The notes below the pieces were generated by a model. The model ran no database searches, was not told the origin of the DNA, and saw only the letters and a list, made by a program, of their open reading frames with translations. The translations under genes were made by a program, and so were the position numbers. From an uncultured Gammaproteobacteria bacterium (GTDB lineage Bacteria; Pseudomonadota; Gammaproteobacteria; UBA9214), in contig CAVVHS010000005.1 of NCBI GenBank assembly GCA_963748215.1, positions 96,001 to 160,000 on the forward strand: a stretch of 64,000 bases of DNA, read 5' to 3'. Numbering within the stretch: position 1 is the first letter of the stretch; every line of letters starts with the position of its first letter. Below, piece by piece: positions 1 through 11,445 of this stretch.

Positions 1-1
1 G

Positions 2-415
2 GTGTATCACCTGCAGGGCGGCATCCTGAAATATCTGGAGGAAGTACCCGCGCAGGAATCACTCTGGCAAGGCGAATGTTTCGTCTTCGACGAACGCGTC
101 ACGGTAGATCACAGCCTGCAGAAAGGCAGCTTCGAACAGTGCCATGCCTGCCGCATGCCGATCTCGGCCAGCGACATGGCCAGTGATGACTACCGGCCGG
201 GCGTGAGCTGTCCGCACTGTGCCGGCACGCTCAGCGAGCAGCAGCGCACACGGTTTGCGGAACGCGAAAAGCAGGCGCGGCTGGCCCGCGCGCGCGGCGC
301 GCACCACATGGGCGCCGCAGCGCGAGTGACCATGCAGGAAAACCGCGCCATCAAGCAGCTCGACAAGGAACGCCAGCGGCACTCGCTGGCGTTACAGAAC
401 GCGCGCCATCGCTGA
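2..415 (+). CDS. trhO: Rhodanese-related tRNA U34 hydroxylase TrhO/YceA, C-terminal part (5' truncated by window)
   Basis: [23 protein letters not shown] and CHACR..CPHC motifs typical of the UPF0176 family. Confidence 0.85.
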   Translation: MYHLQGGILKYLEEVPAQESLWQGECFVFDERVTVDHSLQKGSFEQCHACRMPISASDMASDDYRPGVSCPHCAGTLSEQQRTRFAEREKQARLARARGAHHMGAAARVTMQENRAIKQLDKERQRHSLALQNARHR

Positions 416-514
416 CACGATACCCTTCCTGCGTTTGGACAACGTTTTGAATGTATCACTTCGAGCGGCAGCCGCCGTTTAGTCGGTAAATTAATTGTTT
501 GCGCGACTGAATCA

Positions 515-1075
515 TTACCGTCCATCGGCGCCGCAACACAGGTCACGGGACCAGGGCGCAAGGGATAGGGAGGAAAGTGCGCCCTTGATAAATACCCTGG
601 TCTGCGAATATTCGCTATAGAGAAACATGATATAGGCATCCGCCTTACCGTCCTTGTGGATACCGATCAGGAGCGCCTGACTGTAGTCATCCGAGAAGTC
701 CGGGTTTACGTCGTATACCGCTGCCGCGGCCCAGCCCGCATTGAACAGTTCCTGTGCCTGTACTTGCGGATATTCCGAGTTGGGGGTGCCGCCGGCACCG
801 GACAGCTCGGCGGTCAGCGACTCGAACAGCAACGGGAATAGGACGTCACCCCGGCCGGCATCGCGGCGGGCTATGACTTTGACGTCGGCCATGGCAGCAA
901 GCTCGGGATCAATGCCGGCTACGTCTCGCTGCCAGCCGGCATGAAGGAATTCTGCGGCAACATGGCGCATGGCCAGGCGGTATTCAACACCTCCATGAAT
1001 GATGTCGGGCTGACCGCTGCTGCGGGTCTGTTTGATATCGGCGAGATATAGTTCCAATGACAGCGATTGTGTCAA
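515..1075 (-). CDS. Hypothetical protein, possibly the 3' fragment of a larger gene
   Basis: 186-aa ORF with no recognisable motif; start abuts the porin remnant. Confidence 0.4.
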   Translation of the reverse strand: MTQSLSLELYLADIKQTRSSGQPDIIHGGVEYRLAMRHVAAEFLHAGWQRDVAGIDPELAAMADVKVIARRDAGRGDVLFPLLFESLTAELSGAGGTPNSEYPQVQAQELFNAGWAAAAVYDVNPDFSDDYSQALLIGIHKDGKADAYIMFLYSEYSQTRVFIKGALSSLSLAPWSRDLCCGADGR

Positions 1076-1084
1076 CCCTCCGTC

Positions 1085-1556
1085 CCCTTACCAGCGCAAC
1101 AACGGCGAGCGTGACTACACCATCTGGGTCGGCAACCTGCAGGCGAAGCTCAAGGCAGGTGGACGGCCGCTGGCCGTCGGCGTGGACTACACGCACAACA
1201 CCGTAGACTATGTTGCCGGTGTCACTCCCGGCGTTAACGCCACCAACCAGAACGAGACCGACGGCTGGGATGCCTATGTCACCTACGGCAGCACCAAGAG
1301 CAAGGGCGACTGGCTGCTGGGTTACTGGTATGCACACATCGAGCAGTTTGCCGTAAACAGCTCCTTTGCCCAGGATGACTGGGTGGCTGGGGCTCTGCTA
1401 CCGAGGCCCGTGCCAGTGACATGAAGGGACACGAGCTGCGTGCCGCCTACGGGCTCGGTGATGGCATGAACCTGATGGCGCGCCTGTACCTGGTAGAGGC
1501 AATCACCAGCGTCGAGGACGGCAACCGCTTCCGGATCGACTTTAACTACAGCTTCT
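1085..1556 (+). pseudogene. C-terminal remnant of a putative outer-membrane porin, frameshifted near 1386
   Basis: Joined frames read YTIWVGNLQ..GDWLLGYWYAHIEQFAV..QDDWV/WGSATEARASDMKGHELRAAYGL..RFRIDFNYSF (beta-strand pattern, terminal Phe); no N-terminus; TGG follows the terminal Phe where a stop is expected. Confidence 0.65.
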
Positions 1557-1577
1557 GGATTCGACTGTCAGTAAATG

Positions 1578-1613
1578 AATGCCCGGTACCGCAAAGGGTG
1601 CCGGGCATTTTTT
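1578..1613 (+). terminator. Intrinsic terminator
   Basis: AATGCCCGGTACC-GCAAAG-GGTGCCGGGCATT followed by a T run. Confidence 0.7.
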
Positions 1614-1852
1614 CTGGCCGGGGAACGCTGGCAGCATACGTGCAGCAGTGGGGTTTTCTGCTCTTGGGAATGGCTGATTCTGGCCGTATACTGGCCATCT
1701 ATTGCCCTCCACAATAGCTATCAATCAACTAGCCCACGGAGTATAAATTCACCCATCATCTTGCCCCAGATCAATATGCTACAAGCCCCCATGTGCCATA
1801 ATATCGCCGCTCTAGTTAATTAGCGCGTTTGTTTACACACGAGGTAATACCA

Positions 1853-2245
1853 ATGAAAAACGTTAAAACAATTCTTGCCGCCGCTGCAATTGCCGGCTTG
1901 GTCGCAGTCCCGATGTCATCCGCCCATGCTTGGGGCGGTAATGACTGGGGTTCCGACTGGGGCCCCTTCGACGGTGATGGGTGGGGTGATATGGACTTCA
2001 ACATGAGCGGTGGTGGTTCCGGTCGTGGCCATGGTCGTGGCTACGGTCGTGGCTATGGCTACGGCTATGGTGGTGGCCCGTACGGTTACGGCGGCTACCC
2101 TGGCTATGGCGGCTGGGGTGGTCCTGGCTATGGCGGCGGCTATCCCGGTGGCTATGGCGGTGGTTATCCCGGTGGCTACGGCGGCTATGCCCCCTATGGC
2201 TATGCTCCGGTTGCCCCGGCTGCACCGGCTGCACCAAGCCAGTAA
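1853..2245 (+). CDS. Sulfur globule envelope protein (SgpA/SgpB, CV1-like)
   Basis: GAGG RBS; Sec signal ending AHA; [19 protein letters not shown] motif followed by G/Y/P-rich repeats. Confidence 0.8.
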   Translation: MKNVKTILAAAAIAGLVAVPMSSAHAWGGNDWGSDWGPFDGDGWGDMDFNMSGGGSGRGHGRGYGRGYGYGYGGGPYGYGGYPGYGGWGGPGYGGGYPGGYGGGYPGGYGGYAPYGYAPVAPAAPAAPSQ

Positions 2246-2279
2246 GTCCTGCCCAGGCAGTTCTTCACTATGCTCCATT

Positions 2280-2307
2280 CGGCGGCCTTCGGGTCGCCGT
2301 TTTCTTT
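2280..2307 (+). terminator. Intrinsic terminator of the sgp gene
   Basis: CGGCGGCC-TTCG-GGTCGCCG-TTTTCTTT. Confidence 0.8.
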
Positions 2308-2556
2308 CCTGGGAACGGCAACTACTGGCCGATCCTGGTCCTGGACGAGGCGCTTGTATAAGATTTCGCTAAACAGCGGCAGACGACCCGTTGCAGCCAT
2401 TCAAGCTGAATATCTGAACGTCTGAAAAAGCAGAAGAGACGGATGCACACATAATGCTGCGCTAATCGATCGGTCATGTGGCCGGCGTCGGGGTGCCCGG
2501 CAGAAATCGGAGTCTGAGGGCCTGTGGATGATGTCGGAAATCTGCGCTTCTCGGAT

Positions 2557-3816
2557 TTACATGATGGTCTGCAGGGCGTCGTGAGCCTGCTCAAATGCGT
2601 TGATATACAGTACGTTCAATTCCCCGGTTGGCAACAATTCGCAGGCCGGGTCGTGCCAGTTGCCGCGTTCCAACGCTATAGCGCACTTGATCTGATCGCC
2701 ATAGTGGCCAGTCTGATGGGTCAGGGCCTGCGCTACCTCGTCTGGCAGGGGCAATTGTCTCACCAGCTCCTTAATGGGCATATCCAGCAAGGTATCAAGC
2801 ACCGATAGCAGTCCCACAATGTAAGCACTCTCCGGGGTTCCTGTGTCGAGGCTGCGAGACAGGGACTCGCACAGATAGGCTCGTACCATGCCGGTAGTGA
2901 TGACCTCGGCGGATTTGTCTGTCTGGCGTGCCATGATTACCAGAGAGACCCAGGCACGGATGCGGGCCATGCCGATATAGATTACGGCCTGGCGGATGGA
3001 ATCCATCTGGCGGGGAAGGCCCAAACCCGCCGAGTTGATATATTTGAGTGCCTTGAAGCTCAGCGACGGATCCTGTGCAATGAGTCGTTCTAGGGTGTCG
3101 ATGGTGCAGTCGGGATTATTGAGTTTGGCCAGCAATTGCAATATAACCACCTGGTTTTGTTGCAGCCGGCGGCCGCTGACCAACTTGGGTTTGGCGAAGA
3201 AGTAGCCTTGGAACAGGTCGAACCCGAGCCGGTAGGCGAGCTCGAATTCAGCCTGGGTTTCCACCTTCTCTGCCAACAGGATCAGGCCCTGCTCCTTGAG
3301 GGCCTGCAAATGGTCGGCTAGAGCCTCCAAATCCAAACCGGTGATGTCCACCTTGATATGCGATACAAATGGCAGCAAGGGATCCCAGCGGGATTCAAAG
3401 CGATAGTCGTCCAGGGCCACCTGGTAGCCTGCCTCGGTCAGGCTCCTGACCGCCTCGATCAGCGGCGGGTCCACCGGGATGTCCTCCAAGACTTCAAGCA
3501 CCACCCGGTCTTTATAAAAGGGAATTGGCGGCAGTTCGGTGAAGAAGGTCTTGGTTAGATTGACGAAGATTTTGTGGGGACCTGCGATGCGCTCCAGGCC
3601 GATTTCAATGAAAGTGTTGAGCAAGGTGCGTGAAGTCGCCAGATCGCCATCGAAATCCCGTCCTGGCCCATGTCCCGCTTCGCGGTACAGTAGCTCGTAT
3701 GCTTGGGTGTTGAGATTTCTATCGAGGATTGCTTGGCGGCCCACCTGGACTGTATCGTGAACACGCTGCTTGTGGGCAGCTTGCCTATTCTTAAGTGGGC
3801 TTGACTGTTTTGACAT
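2557..3816 (-). CDS. EAL and HDOD domain protein (YuxH/PdeH-like c-di-GMP phosphodiesterase)
   Basis: GRQAI..AYELLYR, ALDDY, IKVD, LAEKVET, FQGYFF, then HDOD (QDPSLSFKALKYINS). Confidence 0.9.
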   Translation of the reverse strand: MSKQSSPLKNRQAAHKQRVHDTVQVGRQAILDRNLNTQAYELLYREAGHGPGRDFDGDLATSRTLLNTFIEIGLERIAGPHKIFVNLTKTFFTELPPIPFYKDRVVLEVLEDIPVDPPLIEAVRSLTEAGYQVALDDYRFESRWDPLLPFVSHIKVDITGLDLEALADHLQALKEQGLILLAEKVETQAEFELAYRLGFDLFQGYFFAKPKLVSGRRLQQNQVVILQLLAKLNNPDCTIDTLERLIAQDPSLSFKALKYINSAGLGLPRQMDSIRQAVIYIGMARIRAWVSLVIMARQTDKSAEVITTGMVRAYLCESLSRSLDTGTPESAYIVGLLSVLDTLLDMPIKELVRQLPLPDEVAQALTHQTGHYGDQIKCAIALERGNWHDPACELLPTGELNVLYINAFEQAHDALQTIM

Positions 3817-4338
3817 CCTTGGAGCCTCTCTCCGTCTACATTATGTCGTCCGTCCCACTTGTGACTTGAGATCATCATCCCCGCTTTTCGCTTCAGGTTT
3901 TGCACTGGATTTCATTGACCGTTTGGCGGCCCGGATCCCTAAGCCCTGAGTGAACCTGACCCGGCAACACGGTCTGCACACCCCATCGTATTTTTGATCC
4001 AAGTTGCAGCGGATTGATAACGGTAATTTAATAATCGCTGACAGTATTAAAACGGACGTTTACTGGAATGTGGCAAATGACGTGTATTGGCCGGTAGTTG
4101 CCGCCCAGTAACCACGTATCCGCGGAGTTTTCTTTAACCGGAAACGGCAAATTTATTACCAATAGCAGACATTCAGAAATACCGCTTAGTTACCCGCGTA
4201 CCGGAAATTTCGTTTCCAGGTGCAGGCGGTCATTCAGCAATCATGCTGACTCACTTTTGACCAACCTATCACTCCCTGCTTTTCACTTTCGGGCGCTAGC
4301 TGCTTCGCATTTATTCAGCGGCGCCTGCAGGCACCCTG

Positions 4339-5742
4339 TTATCGGCGTTTCTTCGCGACGTGTTTTTTCAGGCGCACCTTGCGCTTGACCTGGCGCGGCG
4401 TTAGCGTGTTCCTGCGTCCCTGGTAGGGATTCGCGCCGGTCTTGAACTCGATGCGGATCGGTGTTCCCGTCAGCTGCATGGCGGTACGAAAGGTATTCAC
4501 CAGGTAACGACGGTAGGTCGCTGGCACGGCGGCGGTCTGGTTGCCGTGAATCACGATGACCGGCGGATTGCGGCCGCCCTGGTGGGCGTAGCGCAGCTTG
4601 ATACGCCGGCCACGCACCAGCGGCGGCTGGTGTGCCTGCACGGCGCGTTCCAGGATCCGGGTCAGTTCCGGCGTGGACAGCTCGCGCGTTGCCGACTCAT
4701 GGGCCTGCCGGACCTGGGGAAACAGCTCGCCCACGCCGGTACCGTGTTTTGCGGAAATGAAGGTCCTGGTGGCGAAGTCGAGAAACGGCAGGCGCCGGTT
4801 CAACTGCTCGCGGATCGTATCGCGCGCATGACTGTCCAGGCCATCCCACTTGTTGACCGCGACGATCAGCGCCCGCCCCTTCTCGGTAATATAACCGGCC
4901 AGACTGGCATCCTGTTCACTGATCTGGCGCTGTGCATCCAGCACCAGGATGACCACGTGAGCGGCATCGATGGCCTGCAGCGTCTTGATGACGCTGAACT
5001 TCTCGACAGTTTCCTGGACGCGCGCGCGGCGCCGCACGCCGGCCGTGTCGATCAGGGTGTAGTCCACGTCGTCACGCCGCAGCGGGATGAATATGCTGTC
5101 CCGCGTCGTACCCGGCATGTCGAACACCAGCACGCGTTCCTCGCCCAGCATACGGTTGATGAGCGTCGACTTGCCGGCATTCGGGCGTCCGACCACGGCG
5201 ACGCGGATACTGCCATCCCCGGCTTCTGCCGTACCGTCTTGCGCCGCGGCGGACGGCAGCCGCGTCATCGCCAGATCCATTAGCGCACCGACGCCACGCC
5301 CGTGGCTGGCGGCAATCGGCACCGGGTCGCCCAGGCCGAGCGTGTAAAAATCCGCCAGCGCGGTTGTTTCATCGATACCGTCGGTCTTGTTGACGACGAG
5401 GATGCAGGGCTTGCCGGTGCGGCGCAGTGCGACGGCCACCGTCTCGTCCAGCGCGGTCAGGCCGTCACGTGCATCGACCATGAAGAACACCAGGTCCGCC
5501 TCGGTCACGGCCTGCCAGGCCTGGCGGGCCATCATCCCTTCCAGGTCACCGTTTTCACCGGTCAGGCCACCGGTGTCGATGGCGATATACGGGCGTTCGC
5601 CGAGCCGGCCGTCGCCGTACTGGCGATCGCGCGTCAGCCCGGGAAAGTCGGCAACCAGGGCATCGCGGGTGCGGGTGATGCGGTTGAACAGGGTCGACTT
5701 GCCGACGTTCGGACGACCCACGAGTGCAATGACCGGTAACAT
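4339..5742 (-). CDS. der: Ribosome biogenesis GTPase Der (EngA)
   Basis: Two GRPNxGKS P-loops with DTGG/DTAG and NKxD; KH-like C-terminus. Confidence 0.98.
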   Translation of the reverse strand: MLPVIALVGRPNVGKSTLFNRITRTRDALVADFPGLTRDRQYGDGRLGERPYIAIDTGGLTGENGDLEGMMARQAWQAVTEADLVFFMVDARDGLTALDETVAVALRRTGKPCILVVNKTDGIDETTALADFYTLGLGDPVPIAASHGRGVGALMDLAMTRLPSAAAQDGTAEAGDGSIRVAVVGRPNAGKSTLINRMLGEERVLVFDMPGTTRDSIFIPLRRDDVDYTLIDTAGVRRRARVQETVEKFSVIKTLQAIDAAHVVILVLDAQRQISEQDASLAGYITEKGRALIVAVNKWDGLDSHARDTIREQLNRRLPFLDFATRTFISAKHGTGVGELFPQVRQAHESATRELSTPELTRILERAVQAHQPPLVRGRRIKLRYAHQGGRNPPVIVIHGNQTAAVPATYRRYLVNTFRTAMQLTGTPIRIEFKTGANPYQGRRNTLTPRQVKRKVRLKKHVAKKRR

Positions 5743-5811
5743 GGCGTCGGGTAAGGAATCGTGTTGGCTGGAAAAGCTGCGCTGCCGGCGCGCACAGGCG
5801 CCGGCGGCCGG

Positions 5812-6984
5812 CTATTTATCTTTCAGGGTGTAGGCAATCAGCTTGCCGGAATTACCGAACACGTACAGCGTGTCCTTGATCGCCAGCGGCCTGGCGCGAA
5901 TACCCGCGCCGTCCGCCTCGATACGTGCGGCGATGTGTCCGTCATAGCGCGACAGCAGGTGCACATAGCCCTGCGAATCGGCAACGACGACATAATCGCC
6001 GAACGGTTGCGGGGCGGTCAGGCCGCGCCATGCCAGGCTGTCGTTCTTCCATGCCGAGGCCCCCGTGTTGCGTGACAGCGCCCACACCTGGCTCTTGTCA
6101 TCGGTGATGTAGACCTGCGAGAAGTCCACGCCCAGGCCCGCACTGGAAGACATATCGCGTTCCCAGCCGACGTTGCCGCTGCGCAGTTCGAGCATGGCGA
6201 TACGGCCCTGGTAGGTGGTAACGAACACGGCACCGCCGACGATCACCGGATCGCCGTCGATATCGACGATGCGCTCGAGTTCGGAGCGTCCCTGCGGGAC
6301 GGCAATGCTCTTCTCCCAGACCGGGAATCCCCTGTCAGCGCTGAACGCTACCAGCTTGCCGTTGGAGAAACCGGCCACCACCAGCCCCAGCGATACCGCC
6401 GGGGTGCTGGTGCCACGCAAGGTGAGCACCGGCACCGTCCGGTCGTTGATCCACAATTGACTGCCATCGGCGCCGTCCAGTGCGGCGATACTGCCATCGG
6501 CGGTTTGCACGATGACCTTGTCGAGGTCGATCCTGGGCACCGACAGCACCTCGCTGCTGACATCAACCCGCCAGCGCACGGCGCCGTCCCCGGCATCCAG
6601 CGCGATCACTTCCGCATCACTGCTGCCGACCACCACCATACCCTCGCCGACCCCTGGACCGGCCGCGAGCGCGGTGTCCATGTCAGTCGACCACAAGCGC
6701 TTGCCGCTTGCTGCATCGAGCGCCACGACCCGGCCCTTGCGGTCGGCGACGTACAATCGATCGCCGGCAACAGCCGGCTGCAGGTTGATGAACTGTTCGT
6801 CGTAACCGACGCCGATATCCACGCTCCAGCGTTTGTCGAATTGTGCCGACGCCTCGATGTCGGTCAGCGGTGTCGGCGGTTCGGCGTTGTCATCACCGCC
6901 GAGGATGCTGTCGAACCATGACGACATCGTCGAGCAGCCGGACAACAGGCTGCCGAGCAGGAACAGCAGCAGGACCTGTCTCAC
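5812..6984 (-). CDS. bamB: Outer membrane protein assembly factor BamB
   Basis: LSGC lipobox, PQQ-like beta-propeller repeats, GRSELERIVDID motif, synteny. Confidence 0.95.
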   Translation of the reverse strand: MRQVLLLFLLGSLLSGCSTMSSWFDSILGGDDNAEPPTPLTDIEASAQFDKRWSVDIGVGYDEQFINLQPAVAGDRLYVADRKGRVVALDAASGKRLWSTDMDTALAAGPGVGEGMVVVGSSDAEVIALDAGDGAVRWRVDVSSEVLSVPRIDLDKVIVQTADGSIAALDGADGSQLWINDRTVPVLTLRGTSTPAVSLGLVVAGFSNGKLVAFSADRGFPVWEKSIAVPQGRSELERIVDIDGDPVIVGGAVFVTTYQGRIAMLELRSGNVGWERDMSSSAGLGVDFSQVYITDDKSQVWALSRNTGASAWKNDSLAWRGLTAPQPFGDYVVVADSQGYVHLLSRYDGHIAARIEADGAGIRARPLAIKDTLYVFGNSGKLIAYTLKDK

Positions 6985-7646
6985 TGCCCGGCCTCCGTCC
7001 CGTCACCGCCGAGCGCGCGGGCATTGTCAAACTTGAGCTGCAGCAGGTGACTGCCAGGATAGTCCGCGGCGGCAATCGACAGTGCCTTGCTGTAAGCCGT
7101 GGCGGCCAGTTCCTGGTGCCCGCGCGCACTGTGGATATCGCCCTTGAGTTCGACAAACATCACTTCCGTATCGGCCTCCGGACCCGCCGCGAGCAGCACG
7201 GCCTCGGCGCCGTCGACATCCTGCAGTGCCAGCATGACGCGCGCCAGCCGCAGACGTGCGATGAGGCGGGTGTAATCCACGTCCGCATTGTCGACCACCC
7301 ACTGCAGCTGCGTCTGCGCGGCTTCCAGCTCACCTTCCTCGATCCTCAACCGGGCGATGGCGAGCGCCGCCAGCGCGGCGTACGGCGAGCCGCTGTAATC
7401 GGAGATCAGAATGCCGGCGCGTTCGGTCGTTGCCATGCGGTCGCCCTGCTCCAGCGTCGCGATCATCGAGGTATAGATATCGGATGCCTGCTGGGCGATG
7501 TTCTCACGCCAGGCAAACCAGGCCTTGGTGCCGAACAGGACAGCGATGCCGAGAATCACCCCGGTAATGATCGAGCTGCCGTTCGCCTGCCACCATTTCT
7601 TGATTGTTTCGAGCTGCTGCTGTTCTGTTACATTCGTTTCCATCAA
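6981..7646 (-). CDS. yfgM: YfgM ancillary SecYEG subunit (TPR)
   Basis: TEQQQLETIKKWW, single TM, ARLRLAR, ELKGDI; lies between hisS and bamB. Confidence 0.92.
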   Translation of the reverse strand: MMETNVTEQQQLETIKKWWQANGSSIITGVILGIAVLFGTKAWFAWRENIAQQASDIYTSMIATLEQGDRMATTERAGILISDYSGSPYAALAALAIARLRIEEGELEAAQTQLQWVVDNADVDYTRLIARLRLARVMLALQDVDGAEAVLLAAGPEADTEVMFVELKGDIHSARGHQELAATAYSKALSIAAADYPGSHLLQLKFDNARALGGDGTEAGQ

Positions 7647-7665
7647 GGACTCCCGTCTCTGTCGA

Positions 7666-8964
7666 TTATTCCGGCTGCCCGGTTGCCGGCGCCATTTTGA
7701 GCATGTCGCGCAAGCGCTCCTTCAGTTGTTGTTGCGGCACCGCAAACTGCTCAGCCGTATCCCGCAGCGGCTTGATGACCACGGCCTGCTGCGCAGCCTC
7801 CTCGTCACCGATCACCAGCGCGTACGCCGCCCCGCTGCGGTCCGCGCGCTTGAACTGGCTTTTGAAACTGCCGCCGCCGCAATTGGTTTCCACGCGCAGG
7901 CGCGGCTCCGCGGTACGCAGTTCCTCGGCGTACACCATACCCCGTTGCATGCCTTGTACGCCGCTCAGCACCAGGTAAAAATGCAGGTCGGCCTCCGGCT
8001 GCCGTGTTTTGCCCGCCAGCAGCAGCGCATGCAGGCGCTCCAGGCCGATGGCGAAACCGAACGCCGGGGTCGGCCGGCCACCGAGGTACTCGACCAGGCC
8101 ATCATAACGTCCACCGGCGCAGATCGTGCCCTGCGCGCCGAGCTGGTCAGTCACCCATTCGAACACGGTCTTCGAATAGTAATCCAGGCCGCGCACCAGC
8201 CGCGGGTTCAGCACGTAGTCTATCCCTGCCGCATCCAGCAGGCTGCACAATCCGTCGAAGTGCTGGCGCGATTCGTCGTCGAGATAGTCCGCCAGGCTGG
8301 GCGCGGCTTCAATTACACCCTGCATTGCCGGATTCTTGCTGTCCAGGACGCGCAGCGGGTTGCCGTCGAGCCGCCGCCGGCTGTCCTCGTCAAGGTCATT
8401 CGCGCGGGACTGCAGGTACTCGAGCAGTGCGGTACGGTAGCTGGCACGTGCCGCCAGCGTGCCCAGCGAATTGAGCTGCAGCACTGTCTGCCCGATTCCG
8501 AGGCGCTGCCAGATGCGCGCGCTCATGAAGATCATCTCGGCATCGATGTCGGGACTCGCCATGCCGAAGGCCTCGACGCCGATCTGGTGGAACTGGCGAT
8601 AGCGGCCCTTTTGCGGACGCTCGTGCCGGAACATCGGCCCGGCATACCAGAGCCGCTGCACCTGGTTGTACAGCAGACCGTGTTCCATGCAGGCGCGCAC
8701 GCAGCCGGCCGTGCCTTCCGGACGCAGTGTCAGGCTGTCGCCGTTGCGGTCCTCGAAGGTATACATCTCCTTTTCGACAATATCGGTAATCTCGCCGATC
8801 GAGCGCTTGAACAGCTCGGTCTTTTCCACCACCGGCAGGCGAATCTCGCGGTAACCGTAGGCATGCACTACCTCGCGCAGCACCGCCTCAAGATACTGCC
8901 AGGCGGTGGTATCGCCCGGCAGGATGTCGTTCATGCCTCTAACGGCCTGTATTGTCTTGCTCAT
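7666..8964 (-). CDS. hisS: Histidine--tRNA ligase
   Basis: [38 protein letters not shown]; start taken at MSKTIQ. Confidence 0.98.
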   Translation of the reverse strand: MSKTIQAVRGMNDILPGDTTAWQYLEAVLREVVHAYGYREIRLPVVEKTELFKRSIGEITDIVEKEMYTFEDRNGDSLTLRPEGTAGCVRACMEHGLLYNQVQRLWYAGPMFRHERPQKGRYRQFHQIGVEAFGMASPDIDAEMIFMSARIWQRLGIGQTVLQLNSLGTLAARASYRTALLEYLQSRANDLDEDSRRRLDGNPLRVLDSKNPAMQGVIEAAPSLADYLDDESRQHFDGLCSLLDAAGIDYVLNPRLVRGLDYYSKTVFEWVTDQLGAQGTICAGGRYDGLVEYLGGRPTPAFGFAIGLERLHALLLAGKTRQPEADLHFYLVLSGVQGMQRGMVYAEELRTAEPRLRVETNCGGGSFKSQFKRADRSGAAYALVIGDEEAAQQAVVIKPLRDTAEQFAVPQQQLKERLRDMLKMAPATGQPE

Positions 8965-9069
8965 GTACCTGCCCAGATTCCTGCCTGTCCGGTGCCCGCG
9001 GCGCTGCACATCCGGCCCGCCGGTCGGCAATTGTGGAGGAGATTGTCCTGTCCCGTGTACCGTTTGCCG

Positions 9070-9567
9070 CTACCTGTCTGCCGGGGGCAACTCGAGACGT
9101 CCCGGCGCCTGTTCCTCGACGACCTTGTCCCGGGATGTCAGCAACTGCGCGACATACGGGTAGGCCAGCCAGATCATGATGCCCGTCAGCAGTACCAGCA
9201 CCACATTCCTGACCAGCCGCGTTGACGGCATCTGCAGCACGGGCACCTTGCGCCTGATGCGAGTGACCGTCAGCGGCGGCGGCGCGCCGGTCGTCTCGGC
9301 ATAACGCGCGAGCAGCTCCTGCACCGGCAGGTCCAGCAAACGGGCATAGCTGCGCAGGTAACCCTGAACGAAGATCGGCGCGGGCAAGGCCGCGCGATCG
9401 TCGCTTTCCAGTGCCCGGACGATCGCGGCATCCAGCTTGAGCTCGCGCGCAACCGTCTCGACGTCCAGCTTGCGCCCCTTTCTGGCAGCCGCGAGCTGCC
9501 GGCCTATCGGCGCGTCCCGATCGGACGATGCAGGCGTTGTCGCATCAGCGTCCCGACCTGAGCCCAT
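9070..9567 (-). CDS. rodZ: RodZ-like HTH protein, short (no periplasmic C-terminal domain)
   Basis: HTH with FVQGYLRSYARLL and one TM; ends about 30 aa after the TM. Confidence 0.8.
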   Translation of the reverse strand: MGSGRDADATTPASSDRDAPIGRQLAAARKGRKLDVETVARELKLDAAIVRALESDDRAALPAPIFVQGYLRSYARLLDLPVQELLARYAETTGAPPPLTVTRIRRKVPVLQMPSTRLVRNVVLVLLTGIMIWLAYPYVAQLLTSRDKVVEEQAPGRLELPPADR

Positions 9568-10330
9568 TCTCCCACTCCATCAGTGAGGCGGTTTGCCTGC
9601 TGTCCGGAAAATTGTTTTTCAGTTGCAGCGCGTAATTGCCCCAGGCCTTGTGATCCTTGAGCGCATACTCGATACGCACACCAATCCACAGGCTCTCGGG
9701 CGTCTGCCGGCTGGTCTGCTGGTAACGCTGCAGGTAACCGCGCGCTTCGAGGTAGTTTTCGGACCCGAGGCTCAGGCTGGCCATCTGCAGCAGTGCGGGA
9801 CCGAAGGTGGGAGCCTTGTCCAGCGACTGCCGGTAATACATTTCCGCCTTCGCCATATCCGGCAACGCCTCCATGCACATGCCGGCATTCAGCAACGGCA
9901 GTTCGGGCGACGCGTAAAAGGAATTGTTCGCCGCGACCAGGAATTCCTGCTCGGCCGCCTTGTAACGCTTCATGTTGCACAGAAAGCGGCCATAGTTGTT
10001 GTGGGAAGCGGCATTGTCAGGGTTGAGCCTGAGGCCGCGTTTGAAATGCTTTTCGGCAAGGTCGGGCTTGCCGACCCTTTCGTACAGCACGGCGATCACG
10101 TCATGGGCATCGGCATAGTCCGGATCGATTTCCAGCGCCTTCTCGAGTTTTTTCAGCGAGGTCTCGTATTCACCCTTGCGCAGGTATTCCACGCCCAGCT
10201 GGGTGTTTGCCCGTGCGGCGGCAACAAGCTTGTCCTTTTCCTTTTCCCTGTCGAGCTTGGCGGTCGCACAGCCCGCCAGCAGCACGGGCAACAGCAGATA
10301 CAGCACCAGAATCCTTGGTTTCATGATCAT
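9545..10330 (-). CDS. pilW: Type IV pilus biogenesis/stability lipoprotein PilW/PilF
   Basis: LAGC lipobox, TPR repeats, NNYGRFLC, synteny with rlmN. Confidence 0.93.
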   Translation of the reverse strand: MIMKPRILVLYLLLPVLLAGCATAKLDREKEKDKLVAAARANTQLGVEYLRKGEYETSLKKLEKALEIDPDYADAHDVIAVLYERVGKPDLAEKHFKRGLRLNPDNAASHNNYGRFLCNMKRYKAAEQEFLVAANNSFYASPELPLLNAGMCMEALPDMAKAEMYYRQSLDKAPTFGPALLQMASLSLGSENYLEARGYLQRYQQTSRQTPESLWIGVRIEYALKDHKAWGNYALQLKNNFPDSRQTASLMEWENGLRSGR

Positions 10331-11424
10331 TGCACCTGGTTGGCAGATTGGGAACGCACGCGCCGGCGGGTCCGGTCCCGGAATTGACCGGCCAGCTGGC
10401 CACAGGCCGCATCGATATCTTCGCCGCGGGTCTTGCGGGTGATGGTCACGATGCCGGCCTGGTTGAGTATCTCGAAAAATTTATGGATACGGTTGTTCGA
10501 GCTGCGCAGGTAACGCGTCTGCGGGAACGGGTTGAACGGTATCAGGTTCACCTTGGCGGGCACGCCCTCGAGACAGCGGATCAGTTCGCGCGCATGCTGG
10601 TCCGTGTCGTTGACGCCTGCCAGCAGGACGTATTCGAACGTGACGCGCCGGCGCCCCTCGCCGACATACTCGCGGCAGGCATCGAGCAGTTCGCGGATCG
10701 GGTACTTCCTGTTCAGCGGCACCAGTTCGTCGCGCAGCGCATCGGTGGATGCATGCAGCGATACCGCCAGGCTGACATCGCAGTCCTCGCGCAGTTGCCG
10801 GATTGCCGGCACCACGCCCGCGGTGCTCAGGGTGATGCGCCGCTTCGACAGGCCGTAGCCGAAATCATCAAGCATGATGCGCATGGCGCTCACCACGTTG
10901 TCATAATTGAGCAGCGGTTCACCCATGCCCATCATCACGACATTGGAAATCATGCGTTCGGTTTCCGGCCGCTGGCCCAGCAGGTGTGCCGCCATCCATA
11001 CCTGCGCGATGATCTCGCCGGTGGACAGGTTACGGTTGAAGCCCTGCTGCGCGGTAGAGCAGAAACTGCAGTTCAGCATGCAGCCAACCTGCGACGACAC
11101 GCACAGCGTACCGCGCTCCGCTTCCGGGATGAACACGGTTTCGATGCAATTGCCGTCGGCAAGCCGGAACAGCCACTTGCGCGAGCCGTCATCCGACAGG
11201 TTGTCCGCCGCGATTTCCGGCAGGCGCACCTCGGCCCGTTCCGCCAGGTCCGTTCGCAGTGCCTTGCTGATGTTGGTCATTGCCGCGAAGTCGGCGACCC
11301 CCTGGCCGTACAGCCATTTCATGACCTGCGTGGCGCGGAACGCCTTTTCACCCTGGTCGGTGAAGAAGCGCTCCAGGCCCGGACGGTCAAGATCCAGCAG
11401 ATTGGTTTTCGGGGTATCGGTCAT
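10327..11424 (-). CDS. rlmN: 23S rRNA/tRNA m2A methyltransferase RlmN
   Basis: [15 protein letters not shown] radical SAM motif, [15 protein letters not shown]. Confidence 0.98.
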   Translation of the reverse strand: MTDTPKTNLLDLDRPGLERFFTDQGEKAFRATQVMKWLYGQGVADFAAMTNISKALRTDLAERAEVRLPEIAADNLSDDGSRKWLFRLADGNCIETVFIPEAERGTLCVSSQVGCMLNCSFCSTAQQGFNRNLSTGEIIAQVWMAAHLLGQRPETERMISNVVMMGMGEPLLNYDNVVSAMRIMLDDFGYGLSKRRITLSTAGVVPAIRQLREDCDVSLAVSLHASTDALRDELVPLNRKYPIRELLDACREYVGEGRRRVTFEYVLLAGVNDTDQHARELIRCLEGVPAKVNLIPFNPFPQTRYLRSSNNRIHKFFEILNQAGIVTITRKTRGEDIDAACGQLAGQFRDRTRRRVRSQSANQVQ

Positions 11425-11445
11425 GCGGGTTCGACCTGTTTCGGC

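Noticed and set aside
2005-2240. Tandem DNA repeats (GGCTAT/GGTGGC)
   Set aside because: Explained by Gly/Tyr/Pro low-complexity coding in the sulfur globule protein.
3850-4330. c-di-GMP riboswitch upstream of the EAL-HDOD gene
   Set aside because: Only isolated short motif matches; no complete class I or II architecture visible by eye.
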